Positions 27,869-35,218 of a DNA stretch of 64,000 nt are shown here, one piece after another. Source of the DNA: a virus. The stretch is taken from IMG/VR virus record IMGVR_UViG_3300005095_000173, positions 12,786-76,785 of that record; one strand, 5' to 3'. The number at the start of each line of letters is the position of its first letter. Positions within the stretch are counted from its first letter, which is position 1. A program made the position numbers and the translations under genes. The notes beneath the pieces were generated by a model. The model was not told the DNA's origin. It searched no databases and saw only the letters and a program-made list of their open reading frames with translations.

Positions 27869-27906
27869 TATAGCCGCTCTTTCTCTTCTACTCAAGGAGG
27901 TGAAAG

Positions 27907-29385
27907 CTAAAAGTCGTAACGTGGATTACCAATAACCTTCAACATCAACATAATAGGATTGAATAAACTCTCATCTAATTCCATTACTTGTTTCATAATC
28001 TCAGTAGAGTACCCAGAAATAAGCACTGCACCACTTTCATGCTCCCTTACTGGAAGATTTCCAGTGCTCCGAGACATAACATTCCAGTAAATAATTTTTG
28101 GCATTTCGTACCCAGCCGCCAAGAATTTTTGTTTCATTACTTCATGATTAGTTTTATCCCATTTGAAGGTAACTCGGTTACTGAAATAAGAATACCCAAA
28201 TGTTGCCACATCAAACTCCATATCGGAGATAATTAGCAGATACTTTGGCATTTCTTCTTGTTTAAGATTATGTTCTTTAGCATAAGATAGAATTAAGTCG
28301 AATGCCGCCTGCAAGTTGGTGTTTGCTACTTCTGCGTTCTCCAATAATGTTTTCACCTTCTGGTAAACATTTCCAGGAATGTGCAGTAACCGTGGGTTCT
28401 CGCTGAAAGTAAGAACAATATCATTCCAAGGTGCAGGTTGCTTATCCGCAATATACACACCAAGAGAAACTGCAACGTCAAGAGCCGAAAGATTGCCACT
28501 AATCTTTGACTTCATGCTTCCAGATAAATCAACCATTGGTAGAATAAACCCATCTGTTTTCTCTAATGTGTTAGGTAATTGTTCCCACTGCGTCAATAAT
28601 ACATTTAGTTCATCTGTAGTTAGTCGTGAGTCCATCATCTGAGAAGTAATGTGGTAAGGAAATGCTACCGATAAGTTCATTTTCTCTTCGCCACGTTTTA
28701 CTTTTTCAATGTATTCACGATAACGATATTCATCATGGCGGAGAAAAGCATTTCGGTAACGAATCCCAGCAATAGATGGGACTTGAGAATAATTGATTTT
28801 ATCCCATTCATTAGCAGACATCTGTTGTTCAACAGTCTTAGACAAACTCGAGATTAGCTTACGGTATTCTCGCATTGTTAATCCAAGATTGCGTGCGATT
28901 ACTTTGGCCAACCCAGGCCACTTCTTTGACTTCTCCCGTGGAAGCCATTTTGCTAAAAGTCCATCTTGTAGCTCAAGACCACGTTGTACTTTCCAAAACC
29001 ACTTGTCAGGAAACAGTACAAACATATCATCCCAACGCCCAATCTCAGGGATCTTATCAATAATGCGATAAAAAACATCTTCAGTAATAGCATTATTAAT
29101 CTCAAGCCACTTTAGAAACTCTCGGAATACTCGACGCTCACCAGCACCGCCGCGGGCATCACGCACCCATAGCATTACACGAATAGTAAGATAGGGATCA
29201 TCTTTCCATGCCCGATCAAACATCTCCCATAATTTATCTACTTCCGCGGAGCGCATTGCTGGAATTTTGAAAAACAGATCTAGAACATGGTTGCCCGTAG
29301 AATTATAGGTTAGGGCGCCGTTCTCGGTTCGTCCAAATCCATTACGAATACGGTCTGTACTTTCGCTTTTGATTTCATTCCACAT
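27907..29385 (-). CDS. DUF2828 / TROVE(Ro60)-like protein with C-terminal vWA domain
   Basis: TENGA..YNSTG..LDLF N-terminus, RDARGGAGER, GRWDD, AKWLPRE, MIDAS DLSGSM, NTN, ISDMEFD, YWNV, SGYS. Confidence 0.85.
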   Translation of the reverse strand: MWNEIKSESTDRIRNGFGRTENGALTYNSTGNHVLDLFFKIPAMRSAEVDKLWEMFDRAWKDDPYLTIRVMLWVRDARGGAGERRVFREFLKWLEINNAITEDVFYRIIDKIPEIGRWDDMFVLFPDKWFWKVQRGLELQDGLLAKWLPREKSKKWPGLAKVIARNLGLTMREYRKLISSLSKTVEQQMSANEWDKINYSQVPSIAGIRYRNAFLRHDEYRYREYIEKVKRGEEKMNLSVAFPYHITSQMMDSRLTTDELNVLLTQWEQLPNTLEKTDGFILPMVDLSGSMKSKISGNLSALDVAVSLGVYIADKQPAPWNDIVLTFSENPRLLHIPGNVYQKVKTLLENAEVANTNLQAAFDLILSYAKEHNLKQEEMPKYLLIISDMEFDVATFGYSYFSNRVTFKWDKTNHEVMKQKFLAAGYEMPKIIYWNVMSRSTGNLPVREHESGAVLISGYSTEIMKQVMELDESLFNPIMLMLKVIGNPRYDF

Positions 29386-29387
29386 AT

Positions 29388-29449
29388 CAGTACCTCCTTT
29401 GCTCTACCACAAGCAATATGTTGGTTATAATAATTGCTGAAAAGGTACT
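29388..29449 (-). ncRNA. UUCMGCAA structured RNA element, copy D (overlaps RBS)
   Basis: AGTACCT/AGGTACT stem, TTCAGCAA, inner TTGCT/AGCAA hairpin. Confidence 0.65.
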
Positions 29450-29469
29450 TACAAAGTACTAAAACTATA

Positions 29470-29526
29470 CAGTGCCGCAAGTCCATTATGCCAGGAAGGG
29501 CGAGATGTTTGCTGAAATGCGGCACT
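29470..29526 (-). ncRNA. UUCMGCAA structured RNA element, copy C
   Basis: AGTGCCGCA/TGCGGCACT stem, TTCAGCAA, inner GCC-CTTCCT-GGC. Confidence 0.68.
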
Positions 29527-29546
29527 AATTATATATCTTCAATCTA

Positions 29547-29612
29547 CTGGAGCACAATTAGCGGGGTTGGTTTACAATACCAATGCTTTATAATATTTGC
29601 GGAAGTGCCCCA
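29547..29612 (-). ncRNA. UUCMGCAA structured RNA element, copy B
   Basis: TGGGGCAC/GTGCTCCA stem, TTCCGCAA, inner TTGGT-ATTGTAA-ACCAA. Confidence 0.7.
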
Positions 29613-29635
29613 TAGTCTATTTATAATCTATTTAC

Positions 29636-29697
29636 CAGCACCACATGATTTGCACTTCTGCCATAGAAATGTTTTTATTGCTTGCGGAAGTGGTGCT
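29636..29697 (-). ncRNA. UUCMGCAA structured RNA element, copy A
   Basis: AGCACCAC/GTGGTGCT stem, TTCCGCAA, inner CATTTCT-ATGGC-AGAAGTG. Confidence 0.7.
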
Positions 29698-29715
29698 TCT
29701 ATTATTGTAACTTCA

Positions 29716-29744
29716 ATTATAACACGCTCTCTCTAATTTGTCAA
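29716..29744 (-). promoter_or_regulatory. sigma70 promoter for the RNA array and DUF2828 gene
   Basis: TTGACA-17 bp-TATAAT. Confidence 0.85.
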
Positions 29745-29762
29745 GGATTTTTATAAAACTTG

Positions 29763-29835
29763 CTCCGAGGGCAGGACTTGAACCTGCAACCCAGCGGTTA
29801 ACAGCCGCCTGCACTGCCTGTTGTGCTACCTCAGA
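29763..29835 (-). tRNA. tRNA-Asn(GUU)
   Basis: TCTGAGG/CCTCGGA acceptor, G73, GGCGG-CTGTTAA-CCGCT, GCAGG-TTCAAGT-CCTGC. Confidence 0.92.
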
Positions 29836-29881
29836 GTGAAAGGTTCGTCGAGAGGGATTTGCACCACCAACTACATTTGCA

Positions 29882-29910
29882 ATTATACCACAACCTATCC
29901 GCTTTGTCAA
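29882..29910 (-). promoter_or_regulatory. sigma70 promoter upstream of tRNA-Asn
   Basis: TTGACA-17 bp-TATAAT with TGTGG. Confidence 0.85.
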
Positions 29911-29919
29911 GGGTTTTAG

Positions 29920-29994
29920 CTCCAGGGGTGGGACTTGAACCCACATCTTTCCGCTTACAAGGCGGGGACACTGTTCCAATTGTGCTACCCTGGA
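29920..29994 (-). tRNA. tRNA-Thr(UGU) with Asn-like acceptor end
   Basis: TCCAGGG/CCCTGGA acceptor, G73, CCGC-CTTGTAA-GCGG, GTGGG-TTCAAGT-CCCAC. Confidence 0.88.
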
Positions 29995-30005
29995 TTGTTG
30001 CAAAC

Positions 30006-30034
30006 ATTATACTACACTTCGTCCAGATTGTCAA
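30006..30034 (-). promoter_or_regulatory. sigma70 promoter upstream of tRNA-Thr
   Basis: TTGACA-17 bp-TATAAT inside the 3' end of a small ORF. Confidence 0.85.
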
Positions 30035-30185
30035 GGATTTCATCAATCTTTCTCATAATCTCTCCCAAGTACAACGCATCGCCCAGCCCCATAGATTGAC
30101 CGTCTTTTCTTTTAATAGAATACTCACCATCAGGAGACAATGCTTCACGTAATTTTTTGATTTCATTTACCAGCTCATTACACAT
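30012..30185 (-). CDS. 57-aa hypothetical protein (not in ORF track)
   Basis: GAGGAGG RBS; MCNELVNEIKKLRE...ILDNLDEV. Confidence 0.6.
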   Translation of the reverse strand: MCNELVNEIKKLREALSPDGEYSIKRKDGQSMGLGDALYLGEIMRKIDEILDNLDEV

Positions 30186-30198
30186 TTACTACCTCCTC

Positions 30199-30237
30199 AA
30201 ACAAAATATGGCGCAAGTTTCTCACCTGCGCCATATT
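30199..30237 (-). terminator. terminator after the endolysin
   Basis: AATATGGCGCA/TGCGCCATATT stem followed by TTGTTT. Confidence 0.65.
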
Positions 30238-30263
30238 CTACCACACTATCCTAAAATTGTCAA
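30235..30263 (-). promoter_or_regulatory. sigma70 promoter overlapping the endolysin stop and terminator
   Basis: TTGACA-17 bp-TAGAAT with TGTGG. Confidence 0.75.
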
Positions 30264-31048
30264 GCATTTGGGCAACACTTAGCCACAATTTCTTCAAGTC
30301 TTCGTAGTCTTTCCTCTATTGTAAGGCTTGGTTCCTGTGGTGGTTCTTCACCCTGCGTACCATGTTCAAACGCCCAGTTATTATAAACTATGTTTACATC
30401 TACATCTCTATAATTTGCAAGAATGGCGTTTGTATGACCAAATTGCCACATGATAACTTCTTTCCAATTACCTTCTGGAACAGACCAGTAATTTGTACCA
30501 CCCTCAATCAGTTCAAGATAGTATTCAAATTTGGCTTTATCTAATATCTCATTTGTGAAGTAAACAGCAACCCATAGGTATTTATCTGTTAGGTAATTAT
30601 ATTCTTTTCTGTATCTAAGTATTTCATAACTTCCAAAATATGCTTCCCACTTTGTCTTAGAAGTGTAGATATATGTTGGCTGTTTTAGTTCGTCATCTAA
30701 CTTTGTAGCCATTTCATACAAACGTTTAATCGCCGTACCTCTACCAACAATTGCTACACCTTTATTATCTTCTACATCTAAACAAACAGTTGGCTGATAA
30801 CCTAAAGTCTTTGTTGCTTTTTCAACAGCGTCCATTACAAGACTAATTTGAGCATCTACATTATAATTTGCTCTAGTATAGTGATATAAAGAAATAGGAT
30901 ACTCTTTGTATGTAACTAAATTTTCTTCAAATAGTGGGTCAACATAAACGCCATCTGAAGTTCTAATTACAACTCCAGCGATTTCATCCTTTCTATTTAC
31001 TATAGGCTGAGCACCTTGCCATTTAGAAACATCTAATGCTAGTTTCAT
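30260..31048 (-). CDS. endolysin, GH25 muramidase
   Basis: LDVSKWQG, YHY, LDVE, YIYTS, LWVA.Y, WQF, DVDVN. Confidence 0.88.
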   Translation of the reverse strand: MKLALDVSKWQGAQPIVNRKDEIAGVVIRTSDGVYVDPLFEENLVTYKEYPISLYHYTRANYNVDAQISLVMDAVEKATKTLGYQPTVCLDVEDNKGVAIVGRGTAIKRLYEMATKLDDELKQPTYIYTSKTKWEAYFGSYEILRYRKEYNYLTDKYLWVAVYFTNEILDKAKFEYYLELIEGGTNYWSVPEGNWKEVIMWQFGHTNAILANYRDVDVNIVYNNWAFEHGTQGEEPPQEPSLTIEERLRRLEEIVAKCCPNA

Positions 31049-31686
31049 TTTATTGCCTCCTCCAATGTCATTTTTGGAAATACGTCTAATTTGCTTTCTG
31101 GAGTAGCATTTATAATTTCCCTTCCATGTTTCGTATAATATTCGAGGGCTAATTTATATGCTAACTCACTTCTTTCTAAATTTGGTAAGTGCCATTTAGT
31201 TCCCTTACCAAAATAATTTTTGTCAAAATGGTCTATATCTTCACTATTAGATATGACTAATTTATTATTTGGTTTTCCTTTGGCTCTAGGGTAATTGTGG
31301 TCTAATCCAATAAGAATGACTTTTTCAAATCCCATCCAGTAAGCAATTTGTAGAGTAACATAGGTTACTGTGTGTCCTTGCCAAATTGGTTTAGTTATAT
31401 CAGGTTGGAAACTTGGAATATCTGGAGTAAACTTTAGAGGAAATACTTTCTCATGCCTTCCAATACAAGGGCAGGAGAAAATCTTTTCTACTGGTTGGGA
31501 TAATATTTCATCCTTGAATTGTTTTATGACTAAATCATTTACTACTACTAGCCATTTTGGCTTTAGTTCTTTCTTCAAATACCCCCTGTTCATAATAAAT
31601 AATGGAAACTTATTTACTAAATCATAATTATATTTGTTTAAAGATGGACCATTAGCCGCAATTATACACGTTTTTGTTTCCAGCAT
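31045..31686 (-). CDS. DUF115/Maf/CstII-fold putative glycosyl (sialyl-like) transferase
   Basis: IIAANGPSL, TVTYVTLQIAYWMGFEKVILIGLD, DHF, IINAT. Confidence 0.75.
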   Translation of the reverse strand: MLETKTCIIAANGPSLNKYNYDLVNKFPLFIMNRGYLKKELKPKWLVVVNDLVIKQFKDEILSQPVEKIFSCPCIGRHEKVFPLKFTPDIPSFQPDITKPIWQGHTVTYVTLQIAYWMGFEKVILIGLDHNYPRAKGKPNNKLVISNSEDIDHFDKNYFGKGTKWHLPNLERSELAYKLALEYYTKHGREIINATPESKLDVFPKMTLEEAIK

Positions 31687-32576
31687 TTTATAATCCTTTC
31701 CTCGTAAATTCTATCATCTATCTTTAGTTTTGGTGGTATAAAGACACCACACATTATATTTTGTTTTCCATTAAATGGCAACGTATAAGTTTCTTTGCCA
31801 GGCTCTCCACCCCATTTTTCTTTATAATATTTCTTATTCAATGGAAAATAAAAATCATTTTCTTGTTTTTTCTCTACGTCCTCTTTTATTGTTCTACTCC
31901 AGAAATGAAAATACTTTGCTCGCTGGAGTTGATACATTTTCATTCCCAATAACTGCCCCCTACGGGCGTAGTCATTGTCTTCAAAATATGCTGGATAAAA
32001 ATTCACATCTACGTATCCAACACTATTAAACCAATTTCTACTAAATAAAGATAGATTATGCGTATCTCCAATTATTTTATAATTACTTAGATTATACGCC
32101 ATATCTGTAATTGGAGGTTTATAGTCCATAAATTCTGGAAAGTCATCTTTCAAAAATTTCTTTCCATACCCAAACAATCTCTGTGTGTAGGGTAATTCTC
32201 GTTTTATCTTGTCTATGCTGATTTCTTGAGAGGATACATAATCACTTTTTGTTTTTTCAGCATGTTCAACTAAATAATCAATAGCATTTGGATAAGGTAA
32301 AACATCATTTCCCATAATTATTACATAGTCATAATCATTCTGGACAAACCCATATTCATATATATCATTCAAAGAAGCAGGAAAACCCTTATTTTCGCTA
32401 TGTATGATATATATCAAATCATTATCTCTAAATAATTCTATTGTATCTGTATCCCCTGGTTTTCCTACTACACCTATGAAATCAAATTCCGTATTTGTAT
32501 TTTGGTATAAGTATTTTAATGCCATTCTTGTATATTTTACCTGTCCATAAGTTACCATTCCTACAAGTAATTTCAT
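31662..32576 (-). CDS. family 2 glycosyltransferase
   Basis: ENKGFPASLN, IMGNDV, GYVDVNFYPAYFEDNDY, KWGG. Confidence 0.85.
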   Translation of the reverse strand: MKLLVGMVTYGQVKYTRMALKYLYQNTNTEFDFIGVVGKPGDTDTIELFRDNDLIYIIHSENKGFPASLNDIYEYGFVQNDYDYVIIMGNDVLPYPNAIDYLVEHAEKTKSDYVSSQEISIDKIKRELPYTQRLFGYGKKFLKDDFPEFMDYKPPITDMAYNLSNYKIIGDTHNLSLFSRNWFNSVGYVDVNFYPAYFEDNDYARRGQLLGMKMYQLQRAKYFHFWSRTIKEDVEKKQENDFYFPLNKKYYKEKWGGEPGKETYTLPFNGKQNIMCGVFIPPKLKIDDRIYEERIIKCWKQKRV

Positions 32577-32587
32577 AAATTACTCCT

Positions 32588-33550
32588 TTACATCCCGTAA
32601 ACTATAAATGTACTTCCAGCAACAATATCACCATTATTACCATAAAATCTCATGTGAGTTACTGGGGCATCTTGACCTGTAGTAGCGCCCTCCATATACA
32701 ATAAGTAATAATTTGCACCAAAAGATGATACTACTATTTTTCCATAATTCCCGATAACAACATGAGTAGCACCAAATTGCCCATTGGCACCAGACATAAA
32801 TTTTGCACCTGTTAGTGTATCTGCTCCAGTATATTCACCGCTTGAGTTTCTATCCCAATATCTATGGTTAACAATGGAACTAGTATTTCCATTAAATTCT
32901 AACACTATAGTGTCATAATTAGCAGATGTTCTAGTAGTTGCGGCATAGGAATATAGATGAATTATTTTATAATCTGATGTATCAATATCAAATTCAATAG
33001 AAGAAGCATTTTCTGTAAGCGTTATTTCATATAATTTCACCATCCCATTACCAGTATTAGATAATCTACTATCACTACCCAATACTAATTCGTTATCAGC
33101 GGCATCGCCACTTGCGGGTGGTGCATATCCTCTAACCGTATCCGCATCTAAACCACTACCTTCACCATCAACATTTTTAATTTTTGCAAGGACATCTTCA
33201 TCATCATAGTCTACAACTTTCACAAAGTCAATACTTTGCAACCCATCTAATGTATCTGCGTCAAGTCCGCTTCCATCTCCATCAACATTCTTTATCTTTG
33301 TAAGAATATCACTGTCAGATACATTACTCAAATCAACATTAGCAAAATCACTTGCTTGTTTGCCATCTACTAAATCAGCATCTAATCCACTGTCAGTACC
33401 ATCTACATTTTTCACTTTATCTAATACAGTGCTGTCTTCTACATTGGATAAATCAGTTAGCGCTAGATTATCTTTATCAGCAGAATAGATTGGGTCAGTC
33501 TCTTCTACTACTCCACCACCGTTTGAAGGGGGTCTAACTATTTGGCTCAT
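32588..33550 (-). CDS. tail fibre / receptor-binding protein
   Basis: three NVDGxxSGLDADxxxG repeats; C-terminal GSTFIVYG beta-sandwich. Confidence 0.75.
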   Translation of the reverse strand: MSQIVRPPSNGGGVVEETDPIYSADKDNLALTDLSNVEDSTVLDKVKNVDGTDSGLDADLVDGKQASDFANVDLSNVSDSDILTKIKNVDGDGSGLDADTLDGLQSIDFVKVVDYDDEDVLAKIKNVDGEGSGLDADTVRGYAPPASGDAADNELVLGSDSRLSNTGNGMVKLYEITLTENASSIEFDIDTSDYKIIHLYSYAATTRTSANYDTIVLEFNGNTSSIVNHRYWDRNSSGEYTGADTLTGAKFMSGANGQFGATHVVIGNYGKIVVSSFGANYYLLYMEGATTGQDAPVTHMRFYGNNGDIVAGSTFIVYGM

Positions 33551-33563
33551 GTCTCACTCTCCT

Positions 33564-33845
33564 TTACTTTAGAACTGTTACATGAATAATAGTATTTCCG
33601 TTTAGTGTTATAATGTTTGTATTAGAAATATCAAGAATTAATGTACTACCAGAAGCAACTATAATATTTTGTAAGTCTTGGCTACCAAAACTAAAAGTAT
33701 CGTCACCTTGAATAAATACCTCTATGCACTCTTCATTAGGTAACGTATAAGTACCATTTAGAGTTACATCATAAGAATGTATCTCATCGGCCTTTTCAAT
33801 TGCTACTGGAGCATTTCCGTAAACATCTTTGTAAATAATAGTCAT
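33564..33845 (-). CDS. hypothetical virion protein
   Basis: beta-rich ORF in tail region. Confidence 0.55.
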   Translation of the reverse strand: MTIIYKDVYGNAPVAIEKADEIHSYDVTLNGTYTLPNEECIEVFIQGDDTFSFGSQDLQNIIVASGSTLILDISNTNIITLNGNTIIHVTVLK

Positions 33846-34150
33846 TTCTCTTCTCCTCTATGAATAGATTTTATTGCTTTATGTCTTGCGGCTCTATTCA
33901 GTAAAATTCCAGCAAATATCGAAACTGAAAATAGTAAAGCATAACTAAGTGTTATCAATACCAATATATATTCATATTGTGGTAATGAAAAGTTTTTTGT
34001 TATTTCTATTACTATAATAAATATAAATGTGCAAACTAATGCTAAAGCAATTTTCATACGTTTCTCATCTACTAGTATTCCAACTAGAATACCAATTATA
34101 ATGAGATAGAACATGCTATCTGCAAAGTTATTCATCGTCTTTCTCCTCAC
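33842..34150 (-). CDS. membrane protein (3 TM), possible lysis accessory
   Basis: hydrophobic segments. Confidence 0.55.
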   Translation of the reverse strand: MRRKTMNNFADSMFYLIIIGILVGILVDEKRMKIALALVCTFIFIIVIEITKNFSLPQYEYILVLITLSYALLFSVSIFAGILLNRAARHKAIKSIHRGEEK

Positions 34151-34361
34151 CGAACACGATTTTCTTAGGTAGATTATCTCTTAAAATAATCCCCTGCGTC
34201 TTTGAAATGTAACTCAACATTACTTTCATCTCTTTTAGTAACTCTTCAATCTTCTTTAGTTCAACTAAGAGAATGTAGATAAGGACGATTGCCACTATCA
34301 CAGCAAACGCCTCGTTTGATTTTGTTACTTCATGTAATACTTCTATGAAAAAATTGTCCAT
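34128..34361 (-). CDS. single-TM coiled-coil protein, holin-like
   Basis: TM plus coiled coil near the lysis region. Confidence 0.5.
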   Translation of the reverse strand: MDNFFIEVLHEVTKSNEAFAVIVAIVLIYILLVELKKIEELLKEMKVMLSYISKTQGIILRDNLPKKIVFGEEKDDE

Positions 34362-34374
34362 TATCTACCTCTTA

Positions 34375-35208
34375 TTATTTATAAGTATAAGATATTTCAG
34401 GGTCACAATTTACCCTAAACGTTTTTACCAAAATTTTTATTGGTGATATTTCTCCACTATTGTCAACAGTAATTGCGGCAATACCTACATGCGTAGGATA
34501 GTTCTCCATATAGGGCATATCTTCATAACTATTTGGAGTTGGTTCATTATTCCATAATTCTCCAGTATGTGACCCAGCAACAGATAAATAATAGTTACCA
34601 TCATCAATTAGTTTTCCACGTATATTTGGAGAATCGTAAAATAGATACCAACTTATATAATCTTGTTCTATTGCATCTCCGCTGTATCCGCCAGCAACGA
34701 GTAAAACATTTTCATATTCGGTAAGAACAAATCCTGCTACCCAAAGTTCACCCGTATTTTCATTAAAGAATGCTGGACCAATCGCTACTTCTGAACCAGT
34801 TGCATCTAATTCTTTTCTATCGGACATTACTTGTATATGTGTGACAATAGTAATATCTCCAGAAGTTTGTGATAGAGGATACAATATTCCCCCATGTGTC
34901 CAGTTATCTGTTCCTACATTACCACCAAGCCCACTTACCGTAATTAGAATTCCTCTAGAATTCAAATACTCATAAGTTACTTCAGTACCACTTGCTAAAA
35001 TTATACCATCAAATATTTCATTTGGATAATATTCCTTTACTATATCACAGTTATCATTTGGTGCTAGTAAAGGATTACAAGCATAAATATCATTTAGATA
35101 ATCGGCAGAATTATCCAATGTATCCAAGTTATTATTAAACGTATCCCCCCAATTCTCCTCACCAATTGCTGGTTTATAGAGAGATAATCTTGTGGTGTTT
35201 TCACCCAT
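34375..35208 (-). CDS. minor tail/fibre protein
   Basis: TTRLSLYKPAIGEENWGDTFNNNLDTLD phage fibre-type N-terminus. Confidence 0.7.
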   Translation of the reverse strand: MGENTTRLSLYKPAIGEENWGDTFNNNLDTLDNSADYLNDIYACNPLLAPNDNCDIVKEYYPNEIFDGIILASGTEVTYEYLNSRGILITVSGLGGNVGTDNWTHGGILYPLSQTSGDITIVTHIQVMSDRKELDATGSEVAIGPAFFNENTGELWVAGFVLTEYENVLLVAGGYSGDAIEQDYISWYLFYDSPNIRGKLIDDGNYYLSVAGSHTGELWNNEPTPNSYEDMPYMENYPTHVGIAAITVDNSGEISPIKILVKTFRVNCDPEISYTYK

Positions 35209-35218
35209 TTATTTCCTC

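Noticed and set aside
29388-29697. CRISPR array interpretation of the repeated elements
   Set aside because: Only an 8-nt motif is conserved; units are self-complementary at their ends with covarying stems, there are no identical direct repeats and no cas genes
29310-30152. ORF-track ORFs over the tRNA/ncRNA locus
   Set aside because: No RBS, they overlap tRNAs and promoters on both strands, and their composition is not protein-like
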